From contig NC_092672.1 in NCBI RefSeq assembly GCF_964355755.1, positions 29,270,437 to 29,334,436 of the forward strand: 64,000 bases of DNA, in the 5' to 3' direction. A model generated the notes under the pieces. That model was not told where the DNA came from and did not search any database. It saw only the letters and a list, made by a program, of their open reading frames with translations. Made by a program: the position numbers and the translations under genes. How positions within the stretch are numbered: position 1 is the first letter of the stretch; each line of letters starts with the position of its first letter. This DNA is from Antedon mediterranea. Lineage: Eukaryota > Animalia > Echinodermata. Positions 26,671 to 41,577 of the stretch are shown here, piece by piece.

Positions 26671-28861
26671 CTAGATGGCACGCTCGCTTCGCTCGCGTAC
26701 CATCTAGGGGTGCTCACAGATGGTTCTCGAATACAGTAGAATCCACGGACGGGGACTTTTTTGGGACACTAAACAAAAACGGAAGTGTCCCCCTAATTGG
26801 GGTATTCAGAAATAGAGACAACAAAACCAATACTGGATTCCATAAAGGACAATTAATTTATGTGGATTAAAGAAATTAGGGAGAAATGGAAATGTATGTA
26901 CGGGAATTGGGCGGCGGCACGTGGTGGTGGTGATGGAACCGCAGTAATAAAGTTGATTGTATTTATATATTATAAGAACCAAACTAAATAAATAGACCTA
27001 GACATTCTGCGAAATGGAAATCGGAAATTCAAGCTCCTATTCAGTGAAAAATTAAACTGTAGTCTACCTAAATATTTAGGGCAAATCATCGGTTGTGGTG
27101 TTGAACTTCCTGTAAACATTTGTGTGAACCAAACTGGGTCGAATTTCTGTCATGAGTACTGATTTGTTGGCCTGTGATTTATGACGCCTAAGGGATCTAT
27201 CTAAACTTATTTTTTAGAATAATGTACGTACCTGTCAGATACAATTGTCTTGTGTCGTATAATAAATAAGTACTGTAATAGTTACTGAAGTTACTATTAC
27301 AATCTCGTCAATGAAAACACGAAAATGTATATGCACTTACTTATGAAAACGTATACAGTATTATACTCAGTTATTGAAACAGTAGGTTTAAAAAAGTTTC
27401 GTTTGTCTGTAAAATGATGTAATCAAGCTGTTTACATGAGTCTTAATTTATAAGCACATCAATAATAAAATAGTTTATCTATCCTGTAATTGGCGAGATT
27501 ATGGTCGCTGTTGAATGAAATAAAGCCAATCGGTATCATATTTGTACAGAAACGTTTTCGCGGCCGAAGGGTGTAACCTAAATTCGTTGTACTAGATGGC
27601 ACACTCGCTTCGCTCGCGTACCATCTAGGTCGTGCCCACAGATGGTTCTCGAATACACAGTATTTTCCAGCGAGAAAAAAATGGAGATTTCAAATGTACG
27701 TACTGCAGGACTATAATACATTGTCGTTTACAGAAACGAATAAATATACACGATGATTTATGTAGTCAGCTAAAATTAGCACCCTGGGAATTACTTCCGA
27801 GAGAGAAACAATGAGTCAAATTTTTTTATTTGGACTCATTTAAACAAACCCAATTTGTGTTTTGTATGTAACATTAAGGGTTGAGGGATGGGGGAAGAAG
27901 ATAGGTACAAAGAGGAAACATTTTAAAATATATTCTTATCCACTCAGTAACGAAATATTGTTTTTAATGTTTTATAGGCCTATAAATAATATACCACTAA
28001 ATACAGTAAAACATTAACGATTTAATACTTTGTTAAAACTCTCACTGTCATAGTCGATTGAAATAGTAAAGTACATGTAACAATACACCACTACGTACGT
28101 ACGTTTATATATTTTTAAATTATTAATTAATACAAACGTTGAGAAGCAACTGTCAGTAATAACGTTTATTTAGTGTATATTATAATAGTTTATAATCTAA
28201 CAGTAGGGCCTACCCACACTCACAGTAATAAAGTTTATTTGTATATTTGTTTATATTATATCTAACAGTACCAACACTCACAGTAAGATATTTGCGATTC
28301 AAATTGCGATCAAAAGTGCATTGCAATACTATTTATGTTTATTCTCCAAGGGGGCCCATAAATCTAAATCTATACCTCTATGGTTAAACCAAATAATTTG
28401 GAATGTTCCATTCATCACAAATCAATACATGTGTAAAAACGTATATTACATGTATCAAAATAGCATTTTTTTAAGAAAATCGGCCTGTCTTCAACATTAT
28501 GATGCTGTACTCGAACTGTTCAACCGGTTTTCAGCTATTAAAAACAATTATCGTAGGAGGAGATAGGAAAATGCGAAGTGTCCTCGTATTATTGTGTGCG
28601 GGTATTTTTCAAATTGACATCCATTAGACAGTGTATACCACGATCGGAAAACACTCCTATTTGGGGCAAATCGTTGAACCTAAATTCGTTCCAATCGTCA
28701 ATAACTAATTATCGAACTCAATTTAATTAGTAGACAGGGTTACATCAGGTGGTTAAAATTAGTACCGAAAGTACGAACCAACTTTATATACCATCGAGTA
28801 AACATTCTAGAAATAACGCACGATTTACCGATTTTTGCCCTTACGTAAATTTATATATAGA
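26671..28861 (-). mobile_element. Non-autonomous Helitron with two 3' hairpin-CTAG termini
   Basis: Minus strand starts A|TCTATATATAA at 28861; GC-rich hairpin (CTAGATGGTACGCGAGCGAAGCGAGyGTGCCATCTAG) ending CTAG|T at both 27592 and 26671. Confidence 0.75.
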
Positions 28862-29350
28862 TTATCTTACAAATTGTTTGTTAAAGAGACGAATTGAGGA
28901 GGAAATAAAGGAGTTGTTAAACTTATTTGTTTTTGTCGAAGGATGAAGTAGTCCACCAGATCTGCACATAACAAACGAACTATGCAAGGGATGGGAAGAA
29001 TCAGACATTATAACTTTGGCTTTAGCCAACATCAATTCGTTATTATAATTATCTTTTACTGACAACTGGGGATAACAGTGTCCAACATGGCATACAAATA
29101 GTAGGCGATACAAGCATGAAAATAGTGATAACAACTTAACTAATATTTTCACTAACTTTAAGAACTTTAAAAACAAATTTCGACAGTAATAAAGGTTCAA
29201 TAGAGAATAAAACACATGCTATCTAAATCCTCAGATTTGGTACCCATACTTTTATCTGCTTTCCTTATAACTCGATAGAGTTTGTATTTCTGTTGATTAT
29301 ATCAGTTCATGAGATAAACACTTATCATTGATTATACATTAAGCTGTTAT
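28862..29350 (-). mobile_element. Degenerate 3' end of a non-LTR retrotransposon ORF2 (Rex1/Babar-like)
   Basis: Translation ...IMSDSSHPLHSSFVMCRSG...TKTNKFNNSFISSSIRLFNK matches the recalled C-terminal motif of this clade; frameshifted upstream. Confidence 0.7.
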
Positions 29351-32300
29351 TAAATTGGATTAATTAACTTTATTCTTGTTTTTGTTTTATTATGTTAATT
29401 GCCCTCGCATGTGTCTCAAAATACCTACTAAGACGCAACGCAATGACGTAGACGCAACGTAAAAAGTCGACCAATCACAAGCGATGGACTATTCGAACTG
29501 TGAGAACTAAGCTCTAGAGGTGCAGTCGAATCGAATGCTTTAGCCCCTTAGTATGGGGATGGGGTTGCGGCGGCAGTAGGGAAGAAGGGTGGCAGCAAGA
29601 AGGGAAAAGCCCAACGACGGCTCAGCCTGGTCCGCTTCCTCAGATTACATATGCCTACATACTAAGTACTAATGCTGTACTGAAATTGTACAGCGCGCAT
29701 GATTATAATATGTTCACACATCGTTTAGGTGTTGCCGCTTTTTACAATCTTGTGTCAACCATCACTCTCCGTGATTGCGCCGGTGAGTTGCAGTAGAGAG
29801 CGACATTCGATGACAAATTTAATGTTTTGGTGTCGCGCGTCACATGCTTTACGTTTCAGTGCGGTGCATTGTAACCAATATTACATTTTAGAGCAGAGAG
29901 ATGTAGTCAGTGGCGTAACGCAAAGGCCGGAAAGGAAAGCGTTGGACGGCCACTTGGGCTTAGAAAACCAAAGTGGCCCTCCAACGCTGGAGGCCTCGGG
30001 TGTTTTAGCCTTTTTCGACATATTTTAATGCCTGTTTTTTTCCTCGGGACACTGCTCAGGGCCCCCATAAGATCCGGGCCCCTGGGTTTAGCCAGTGGGC
30101 GCTCATAGCAGTTACGCCAATGGATGATGATCATTTAAGATTCAGTGCGACACAACTGCATTCCAAGACCTACGCAATACTAGTTTCGTTTCTTATTTAT
30201 GAATAATTACGTGCCGCTTATGATGGGCATATTCACCGGATGACATTTATGCCATTTCAGTACTCTCGTAACTATTGATTTCAGCCAGATTTCTGACGTC
30301 ATCTAGCGAAAAATAATATTACAAATAATGTTCATTATAGGCCTGTGCAATGCAACTCAGTGAGGTAAAGCAGAGGCATGAGACCACTGGTCGTGTAGAG
30401 ACGCAAAGTGGCCCTCCAACGCTCGAGTTCTTGGGCGTTTTGAACCTTTTAAACTTATTTTAATGCTTTATATTCCTCAGGGACCCCCATAAACCTCGGG
30501 GCCCCTGGGTTTAGCCAGTGAGCGCTCATAGTCGCTACGCCTCTGCAACTATAAATCCATACAAATATTCATGTTTTTTGGCATCGAAATATCAATTGCC
30601 GCAATGCCGACAAGACTTGACTTGCACAGATTGTCAATATATGCCGGTAATAGTCTGTTAATCGTTAACATAGAAACAATAATAATAGAGATAAACATGG
30701 TAATATCGACCAGTGAAAAGGATTTGAGACCTACATATTTCTCATTTGGCATCGAATTTTGCTGGCAATACCGACAAAATCCCGGATATTAACTTTTGTT
30801 TAATATTAAGCTATTTTGTCCTGGAAACCCCGTTAACTTGGCAACAACAATAAAAACATAACAGTGTCTTCGAGGCAGCAACAGCATACAACAAACGATA
30901 AACCCCTAGCCCAATATCCACGAGCATTCTACATTGAATTTTGTTTGTTCGTTATTTGTATTGTACAATACAAAATACTTTTTGGGGAGAGGAGGCGCGT
31001 AGGGATATAAACATAATAAGTAAAGATGTTCACATCAATTTTAAAATAATTATGCTACGTGCCGAAAGTCGTATCTCATTAAGAAACTCCTTACTCATTT
31101 AACCCTACAATTCAGTCTTTAAGTATATTGAAATACAATAATTGTCCTACAAAAACATGAAAAATGAGGATTAATTAAATCAGACTTTGAATAGGTTATT
31201 TTGTAGTTTTAATAAAGAAAAAAAAAAAAAAACCCCAAACATGAATTTCCCTTAAAATGGTCAAATACATATTACCTATAGTTAGTCATCTGATATCATT
31301 TTTTAACACACCGTTTATTTTTCATAGATTTTTAAAAATGCCTTTCTATTTATAACATTTGTGTACAAAAGAATAGAGATTTTACTGTGTAATTTGAACT
31401 ATCCTCCCCCCCCCCCCACACTGATAAGGAAGTGTTTATTTTCAACATGCTTGTGTAACACAAATAAAAATCAAAAAATTATGAAACATAGGGGAAACTA
31501 TAGATCGATAATTATTGGAATGTATGATCAATAGCCATTTTTTGCCCGTACCTGGCCTTTAAACAAAATTAGAATAGAAACAGAAAGTTCGTCCTAACAC
31601 AGCCTTTCCAAGAAGGCAGAACGGACAATGCCGTATAACTTCGAACATTTTAAAGGCAAACAGTACCGGTAATGTATATTTCGATATCTGTTTATCTGCA
31701 AGGTTGGATGACCAGAAGTGTAGGCCTACCGATGGAGTAACATTATTAATTAGGACCAGATAAAGCAGAATCACATTCGGATTTCCGAGAAATATTAATC
31801 AACCATGCAATTAATTAGCAATTATAATTATCAAACTATTAGATACCAGCTGAGAAAACAAGAACGGCTTTGTCATGAATATCGTATCACGACCTAGATA
31901 CATTATGGTGGCCGTGTATCATCATAGTGCCTCGCCTCCAAAACCAAGGTCAAGGCTCAATCGTGGTACGGTTGGTCCAAGCAAAAGACGTTACATGTTC
32001 CTTCTCTCTTCCCCTCCCCGCCTCTCTCTCTCTCTCTCAGCTCTCTCTCCCCCTCTCTCTGTCTGTCTCCCTCCCCATACCATTAATACAATTGTCAAAA
32101 CTGTTGCTGCTTAGGCAAATACGTATGTTTTCTAGAAAAACTTAAATCTTTTCTCACTGCTCAAACAACTATTTATATTCACTCACCATTTAAAATCGAA
32201 TTAATCTAGTTTAGATAACAAGAAAAAAGGCGAAAAAGTGTAGGCCTACTTTTTTAATTTTTTTTTATTGTTCATTATTACACTCTGACAAAAACACAGT

Positions 32301-33603
32301 CAAATATTAAAGATATATATTGTCCCGCTGAAATAACTTGATGGTATTCCGAAATAAATCAAAAGATGAATGAAAATGAATTATTTCATTCTGTTTTTCT
32401 ATGTAAAATTGGCCTATTCCAAATTTTATTATAAGGACAAATACATTTTTAATGAAGAAACGTAAACCGCTTCAATTGTATCTAGGAGGATTACCGTACT
32501 TACCTAAAATATTTAATTTAAGTATAAGGTATTTTTACATTACACTGGGGCATTTTTTCCAGTAAATAAAGCACAATTAGGCCTACAGTAAAATATATTT
32601 TTTTAAACCGCATCGTAAAAAAAAAACATAACAAAAAAACATAATTTACACAGTATCAAATTTAGATTTTATACAGAATTTGACTGAGTAATTGGTCTAG
32701 ATAGAGACTCTTGGGTGTTGTGTGTGTGTAGTCTAGACAATTTTTTGTTCTCATACGCCTGCGCATTCAGAACACTGTACGCTAGTTAAAAAAGAAATTA
32801 AAATAAGCTATAAACACGTTATAAACAATCATTAAATAATTAGAAATAACTTTAAAAGTAGGTCAATAAAATACAAAAAATATATACAATTTGTTTCTGA
32901 TTGATCTAATAATCACAGTAAAAATACAAAATCAGCACACTACATATTATTTCTTTTTACGTATAAATTAATATAAAAGACGGCCCAACATTTCAAAATG
33001 GATTTCCTACAAAATCCATTACTACCCCACGCAACGGATTAATATACACTTTAGAGGCTAATTTTTAGAAAATAAAACAATTTATGTTGATCAATCATCT
33101 CCGACTCATTAGTTTTTGTGCTTTATATTTAGAAAATATATAATTAATATAGTGCCGATTTTTTAAGTGTACACAAACTGATTATTGATGCTACAAATAA
33201 ATTTATCAGACAATGACTTTATTCGTTCATTTTCATCACTTCTTACAGGATGATAGCTAAGCCCGCGGATGAATGGAGATTTAAGGTAGTGGTACGTTTG
33301 CCATGACATAGGCATACTTGTGTAAAGTCGATAGCGGATTGTGACGTTTCAGGCTATATAAGTACCACCATGAGTATGTCTGTTTTATATACATGAAACC
33401 ATCCTATTAATTAGATAGACCATGATTAGACACCTTCGGGACCAAACTCTCAATAATAATAGCCGCCGTAGCAATAGGCCTATTAGTATTTCACGGGAAA
33501 GTTTTCCTCCAAAGAATTGATTCTACTGGATGATCCAATGTTCAAACAATTTATACGAGATTAAAAGAAATTTTGGCTCTCGGTTTACTTTGCATAATAT
33601 AAG

Positions 33604-33974
33604 CCGACCTCCCAACTAAACTTGGAAAAAAATTACATCGGGAGGAATTACAAAATCATGTCCAAACTATAGAGGGCGCTATAATATTTGAAAATATATT
33701 GAACTATAGAGGGCGCTATTAGAAACATTAAAGCAGAGCCATACGGTGCCAACACATTATTTCACTTATTAAGCAATACTGACATTTATAATAAGAACAT
33801 CTTGCAGACCAATATTTAGCATATTTTTCTCATCAAGATTAATAGAAATTAGATTATCGGGGTATTTTTTTGTTTATCCAAAAACGGGAGGAATTGCATT
33901 TTATCGTGAGATGAGAGAGATAACTAAAATATCGGGAGACTTTCGCCATTGTCGGGAGAGTTTTGGGAGGTCTG
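33604..33974. mobile_element. MITE with (C)AGACCTCCCAA termini
   Basis: gacctcccaa / ttgggaggtc inverted ends with internal cgggag repeats; related element at 62684-63036. Confidence 0.65.
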
Positions 33975-34246
33975 TATGAGGTGTTCCACCATAGCATGGC
34001 GGTAGTGAAAGGTGCTGCTACACATGGCTGGATGGATCACCCTCGATAAATATTGTTGAAATAAATATTTAAAAAAAAATCATATACTATGAAAAACTCC
34101 AGTTATGTGAGGGCATCTGTACATCAAGCAAAAATCACAATTAGGAAATCTGTACCGTTTACATAGAAATTAATAATAATAATATCATTAATTTTCGCGA
34201 CGGACAACGATCGCAAAAAAATTAAGGGCAATAATCACGAACGATG

Positions 34247-37200
34247 TTATGGTTGCTGATGAAAGGCGTTGTCCGTATTCGTATTCACAATACCAGTAGA
34301 GTCATCGTTTCGTGTACGCCGCTGGCAGCATTTCATAGTACAGCAGCCTCTTGTTAGTCGTCTGCAGGCTCTTTTACAACGGTGCCTGATTTTGTTGTTA
34401 CAAAGACAGAACATTATACAATTGGCCGCTCCTTGGAAACTATTGCCTATTCCCTGTAATATAAGAAATTAAAATTGTAGAAAACATATATAATTTATAT
34501 AGAAAATTGAGAGAATATCCAAAGATATTTGAAGTAAAGTTAAAATTCTGACAAAGAAATTGATAGTCTTAACAGTGGATAGGCAATATCAGTTATTTGT
34601 ATTTGTTTTGTTTTACTCCATATTCATTGGTGTGTTAAGCTTCGTCAAACTTTATTTGACAACAAACATGTGATGCGCCCGTCACGATGATGTCATAACT
34701 ACTGTACAACAACATTAATGCAGCACACATCGCTCTTTTTTTGTCAAAATAGTGTGACAATGTAGATGAAGCTTTAAAGCTCAGGTACAGGCATGAATTT
34801 TAAATATAATATTTGGTTAATTGTACATAAATCAAATATTTGTAACAGAAATCGAGACGAAAAAACATGAATTTCCCTTAATATGGTCAAATACAAAATT
34901 TGGCAAAATTCTTCCATAAAAAACAGAAAGACTTTTTTTTTTCTTTTTTTCAGTAGTTAGGTAGTTAACCTAATGTAATAACATGTCTGGTGATTCCCTA
35001 GACGGTGAACAAAGATGCTGGATATACAGTGGATAATTTTTGCTATAGCATGACAATAAAAAGCTGAAGTTGAATAAAAATATCAGAAATGTAGGCCTAA
35101 TATTCAAGTTATATTACCTATATTTAGTCATCTGATAACATTTTTTACCACACCGTTTATTTTTCATAGCTTTTTAAAATGCCTCTCTATTTACAAAATT
35201 TGTGTACAAAAGAATAGAGATTTTACTGTGTAATTTGAACTATCCCCCCACTGATAAGAAAGTGCTTATTTTCAACAAGCTCGTGTAACACAAATAAAAT
35301 CCCAAAAATTATGAAACATAGGGGAAACTATAGATCGATAATTATTGGAATGTATGATCAATAGAAATTTTTTGCCCGCACCTGCCCTTTAAGGAAACAT
35401 TCTCCTTTTGAATATACAGTAATATGAAAGAAAATTCACTTCAGTCGAATGTTGTGAAATGAAACATCTGTAAACTACAATCCATAGGTGTAATGAATGA
35501 GAGTTTGTGGGATACAGAAAAGGTGTTTAGTTGTATCAAATCAGGTCAAATAGCAAAAAAAATATCTGTAAATGTATCCTTGTTATCGATTTTGTTTCCA
35601 AATGACAATTCAAGAAAGTTTACCTTTAAACAATCGTTTCCGGGTTATTTTATTTTATCCCCCATTCCTGTCTCCTGACCTCCCTCCCTGACTCCTGACC
35701 CCTGACCCTACTTACATGTAACAGAATCAGAATCGGATTGGAAACAGCGTTACAATCATAAACCGTTAAAACGAATCGGACAGTACTCCAGATATGTAAC
35801 ACCAAAAACACTATTGGAATAAACGTCAGCTTGACATCAATCTTAAGAGTGACTGTCGTAACCAATCCCTGGTTGGAAATCACCGTCACTTGGTTCTGGT
35901 CGGACACCTGGACGTTGTAAAAAAATGTTATATATTATCAACATTGTTGAAATTTGTATCAAAATCGTCACAAGTGAGAGTTCGTAGATAATCCCGCGAT
36001 TGTGAAATGCGTGACGTGTTTGGACAATTACTTGCGTTCGTTTTTACGTGGCGTTTTACGCGGTGTGCTAACTATAAGTGCCCAAAATTTGCACCATCAC
36101 ATTGGGCTATAGAAATTGTTTTGAATATAGTACCAAACAAATTGATCGAGGTTTCACAACAATAGGCGCTATATTTAAATCCAGGATCGATATTATATTA
36201 TATTGATGACATCACAAACTAGAAAGCCACTCCGAGAGTGCATACCTCCGCCTACTGTAAAATTCTCCTACATAAGATATATATTTGTGTGTCTTAATGC
36301 TGTTTGTGATTTACGCTAATTTCACTACAAGCATGTGTATGCGAGTTTGGCGTAATGGTTATGTAACAAGCCTTTCAATTAACAATAGCTTCAGTTGACT
36401 AACAATAGAACAGCAACGCGAAAATCAAACGAGTGAATTTGAAAAGAAATAGGTTTTGTAAACTACTCGCATCAAAAAACGTGCACATTAAATCAAATTA
36501 TGTTTTAGAATTACAAATTACAAATTATAACTCTTGCCTCTTGTACAAAAATGAAGTTTTTTGGACAAGTAGTTCTCGAGAAAATTCAATTTGAGTTTAC
36601 TTGTTACTTTAAGACTGCTCGCCGGCTTTTGAAAAATTCTGTCCTATCTTTTCAACACTAGCAGGTCTGAAAAGTATACTAAAAAGTGGTCCAGAATTGG
36701 GACCGTGGTCCGAAATGGTCCCAAAATTTAATGGAATGGTCGTTGACCACATATCTATCTGTACATTCATTTTGGTAAAGACCTTGTAATTACTTTTTGA
36801 GTAATCCTGCTAATAAACAAACAAACAGACAAACTCCTTGGCGGAGGTAAAATATTATCAAAATCTCGAGTTATCCGTATCTTCAGCATGAACTGATATG
36901 TCTCTGTAAGGTTTTGCAAATTATTTCGTTTAATAGCGATTTTAATATTTTTTAATGGAGATTCATTTGAATAATAATACAATTAATATATTATGTATGT
37001 AATAATTATATAAATGTACTCACAAATCTTTTGAACTTTCTCTTGATTAAGATATAGAGAAGAGGTAGGATGAAATAAGAAGCAATTTCCCACATTTTAC
37101 CAACCAACAGCATCCACATAATCCTGTGCTTCACATCCAAGTCAACCCAGCACCACCCTACAGATGTATACGAATCATCGTACCCCAGAGCACCAAAAGA

Positions 37201-37653
37201 TACTGCAACAATCACTGTTATAAGTGGAACACCCCAGCAGACAAAATGGAATAACCACACCAGCCTATTCATCACCACTTGACTGGACTGTGCCACTAAC
37301 GCATAGAGGTACATCGCAATTGCAACAGTCCAGAAAAAAGAGCTTGTCTCAGAGAACGTTGTAATGGCACTCTGTACAGTACATCCCATAGGATTGGAAT
37401 GGAAATCTTCAATTATCCCGTAGGCATAACTAACCGATACAAAGAAGGTCGTAACTGATAAATATACAAGAAGCTCACGTGTTTTTGTTCGGAGGTCGCG
37501 CCAAATAATAAAAGTTAAAATTATTAATATGGATCCAATTGCTGACAGAATACATGACGTCACAGTTAAACTTTCTATCCATACATCGATGTGTATTGCA
37601 GGTGATGATGATGGAACAGGATGTATCGGAAGCCAGGTTATATTTTCTGCCAT
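34247..37653 (-). CDS. GPR157: GPR157-like G-protein-coupled receptor (cAMP-receptor-like 7TM), 342 aa
   Basis: Exons 37653-37024, 35907-35716, 34453-34247, all phase 0. Seven hydrophobic helices; motifs SSFFWTVAIAMYLY, CWGVPL, SVGWCWV, GKMWEI, KLTFIP, GIGNSFQGAANCIMFCL match recalled GPR157. Confidence 0.9.
34774..35392. mobile_element. MITE family E, about 620 bp, TTAA-flanked
   Basis: agctcaggtacaggca / tgcccgcacctgccct imperfect TIRs; left half repeated at 22370-22694, right half at ~31236-31562. Confidence 0.8.
36217..36850. mobile_element. Helentron-associated (HINE/DINE-1-like) non-autonomous element in a GPR157 intron
   Basis: Short hairpin CACTCCGAGAGTG next to subterminal IR TACCTCCGCC, matching GGCGGAGGTA at the far end, plus an (AAAC)n microsatellite. 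Confidence 0.7.
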
Positions 37654-38758
37654 GACTGAAGACTGATTTTAATTGATACAGGCCTAGCCTTCAGAACATC
37701 AAATAAACTTGTTTAAAGGCCTAAATACATCAATAATCTGCATCCAGCGCCAGTATCAATTATAATGGTAACGATAGGTAGGTCATCCTTCAATTACCTC
37801 AAACTTAAAATGCAAGACCTGGCTTTTGCAAATAAAGAAAAAAAAACAATTTAAAACATGTGTTTAGGTCATGTCAGAGCTTAAAATAATGTTTATTAAC
37901 TAACCAAGGCTAACTTGGCCAACTGTACTTTAACCTGTATACATATTATTTGTATAGTGTTATCAAGTAGAGGGTAAGATAATACGTACAACACAGGGTC
38001 GTCGTACCTTCAAAATAACACCCAACCAAATTCCATGTTAAATAACAATTAACAATATAAAATATTTAGATTTGGTTCATATTTTTATAATCAAGGCAGA
38101 TTATTCTCAGATGTTTTGATATTAATTTCCAGAGGCTCCTATAATTCACTGGACATTATAGTTTTCTTACATAAAGCAAAAGAAGATAGTGTAAACAATT
38201 TAGGCTGTCTTTGATAAAAATAATATTTTTTGAATTCAATCAAATCAAATGACGTAATGATAAATAAGAACAATATCGTATTGTATTCGTCGTCGTCAAT
38301 AACTTGCGCTTACAATCATATACGTCATCTGTGTTGGATCTTATTATATTTTCATCAAAGCATAAATATTTAGATCTAGGATGAACACTATGTTGATTTC
38401 TTTTGTTTTAGGTAGGGAAAAAAGCATAATTATTATTTACTTATCGTTGATCGTCGTTATATTTTCGGTCGTATCGATGCGGTTAAACGAAAATAAAATA
38501 AAAAAAAAGATGATATTAAAAGTGCTATAAAACTAAACTAGAAAGTAACAGTATTATGGACGGAAAAATCACCACAACAATTTCCAAGCGAAGCAACATA
38601 ATACTGAATACTAATTACTAAAACAATTTTGCGTTTTTACGTCAGTTCGACACTGACTAAAAACACATATCATGTCGGTGCTAAATTGTATCGGACTGCA
38701 CCGAAATCGAGAGTAAAAAGATTAGATACCTAACTAATAATTTAGAATAGAAGCTTAC

Positions 38759-39218
38759 CTTTTAAATATAATAATATTATTTAACCATTGAGAGTAATGC
38801 GTTGTTCTATCTAACGCAAATTATTAATATTAAAACCTTTGTTTGATTTGTCAATATACATTCAAGCCTACCCTTAACTTTCTCAACTATAATTAAATAT
38901 TCTACTGTTTTTGTTTACAAAGAGTGCGCCCTCAACAAAGTTGCAAAAACTAAGACAAGTTTAATTTCTTGCTTCATATTTATTCAATTTAAATTACAAA
39001 TGAACATATATTCTTAAAAAATAAATATACTAATCATACTATAGTTAATTTATTTAGAAATATTATAATTTTTCTACAGAATAAATAGTTTATGTAATAC
39101 CATTTAGATACAATTCAAATTTAAACATGGCCGATTAAAGAGAGAGCGGATCGCGGAGCGGGATTTTTTTATAGACAACGTGAATTCAAATTGTTCGATA
39201 GATTAAAAACTGGTTTAT
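38759..39218. promoter_or_regulatory. Putative bidirectional promoter and non-coding first exons of GPR157 (-) and ELYS (+)
   Basis: Minus-strand donor AAAG|GTAAGC at 38759/38758, plus-strand donor GTGAGT at 39219, CpG-containing patch with AACATGGCCG at 39124; the genes diverge from here. Confidence 0.5.
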
Positions 39219-40019
39219 GTGAGTTTGTATACCTACAAAATTATTTAATATATTGTATAGTAGTGATTCATTAATTATAAACAGATAGAGTTGTTAATAA
39301 AGCCCTCTAATTTGTTAGGCTAATAACAGTAAATAAATGTGCCAACCGACCGGGCCGGACTTCTCGGCGTGGCCACCTTGCCAATTGCATGTATCGCACA
39401 CCGTGTAGCCTAGTCTAGGCCTAGTTGGTTTCGAAGAAATGATCATTGAGGGCTAGCCAGCCTATGCATACAAACTTCCCCCAGATGAATTGCTAAATTG
39501 TAGTTTCTTGTTTTAATAGGGCCTAGGCCTATCATTTTCATTTACAAATCCAGATAACTAATATTAATATTATAATATTAGTAATAATTAATAATAGGCC
39601 TAGCCTAGCAGAACAAACGGAAGTTGATGCATAGTTGGCTCTCCATATACATAGCGCCTTATATGGGCATTCAAAACATTGCGGCCGAAACCGTTTGCGG
39701 CCGAACACGATGTACACCCTAGCAGTAGTAGTAGAAAGTAGTAGTAGGGCCAGGCCTAAATCAATCATTCAATTCATTACAAAAATGGAATTTGTTTAAA
39801 ATTGTTTAATCAATGTAATTCATTGATTGATGCCAACAAATATTTTTGTTTGCAGTAATAATAATTGGAATGAAATATTTAGAGACTTCTTTAAATGCCT
39901 TCTACTAGGTTTAGGCCTAGGTAGGCTAGGCTAGTAGTAGTAGTACATAGTCATAGGCTAGCCTAGGCTAGGCCTAGTATTTTTCAACTTACTTACTACT
40001 TACACCACACATTACACAT

Positions 40020-41577
40020 GGGTCATTCTTCAGTAAGTGTCTAAAATCGTGTCCCGATACTTTGGTGGGATAGAGACTGAAAATTCATCATTAAAAAATA
40101 AAAATTCTTGACTTATATCATAATCAACATTATTGTAAATATAATTAATTACATGAAACAAAGATAATTACATTGATATTGTTAATTTTTATAAAAATGT
40201 TTCAGGCAACCCCCTAAAATCCTATGTCCCGATCGTACATCTTCCATTTTATGATCGCCGTATATATTTGATAACAGGACTTTTGTTATCGAAAATATTG
40301 TAAAAAGTTAGTTAATCATGATTTCATGCGATTATATTCTTCGAAATACATCTCTACATACATTAAATCTCAAACTTTAAAGTTTTTGTTTGGAAAAAGC
40401 TTGTCCCGCAGTTTTGTGTCATTTCCGTCACATAATTTAAATGTACCGTCTACAGTTTAATGAACGGCGGGGAAAAAATTGACTGTGCGTTGTAAACATA
40501 CGAAGATATTGAAATAAAACTAGCCGCACATCATTTTCAATAAAAGAGGAAAAAAGCTAAAAAAAAACGAGGTTTTAGAAAAATTACAGTTGCGTACCTT
40601 TATTGAATGTCATATCCGAACGGTATGGCGACTCATTAAATACTTATAATTTCTGGTTTTTTTCAACTGGAAGTACAAGTTATTCACGGTATCTAGAAGT
40701 ATGCAATCCGTCTCCGCTGTCAGACATGCCTACGATGTGATCCTAGGCTGTCCAATGCTAAATACATCATCTCCGTCACGGTCAGCTCCGTCACATTTCC
40801 CAATGTTTCGTTGTGACGGAGATGACGGCCCGTGACGGATATGACTTTTTGTTATTGCCAGGGCCTTTTTTTGTTGTACATTTTGTTTTGTATATCTTTA
40901 TTATGTTATTGCATTGTATATCTATGTGACTCTGGTCAATAAACATAATCAAATCATATCTTAAAGTCATCTCCGTCACATGATTTTTTAAGTTCGTCAT
41001 ATCCGTCACGGTTTCATCTCCGTCACATGGATATTTTATCCTTTTAAATCCTAAAATATTTAATTAATGACCGCAATTATGTGGTATATTGAAATATAAA
41101 CAATATTCTTCTACTATGTCAATGGATAGTAATATTAGTTCAACAGAATTTTGTAAAACATCAGTGACAGTCATACTATTTTCTGAAAATTATTATTTTT
41201 TGGAATAGTAAATGGTTTTGAACGTATAACATCATACTTATAAATGTTAAAACAATCATTTTTTGATTAATAGAGACAAAAATAATATATACTGTAGTAT
41301 CAAAGAATTAATAATGGAAATAATTTTATAATTCCTAAACAGTTATTTTTTCTATCTTTGTATATTCCATAAATGTGACGGAAATGACAGTAACATAGAA
41401 CCATGTATTTATAAATACGAATAAAATACGAAATATATAATAAAGATTGCGCCAAACATACGCTTGCCAGGTAATACATGTTCATTTATCTGAATAAACT
41501 TTTAAAATTTAAAAAATGCAAATTTTAAAATTGATTTTTTATAAACCTGAAATTAGACACTTACTGAAGAATGACCC
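40020..41577. mobile_element. 1.56-kb non-autonomous DNA transposon with perfect 25-bp TIRs in the probable first intron of ELYS
   Basis: GGGTCATTCTTCAGTAAGTGTCTAA at 40020-40044 and its exact reverse complement at 41553-41577; internal (A)TCTCCGTCAC repeats in both orientations; no long ORF. Confidence 0.9.

Noticed and set aside
33249-33285. Exon-like segment on the plus strand (CAG...AAG|GTAG)
   Set aside because: No partner exons or recognisable peptide.
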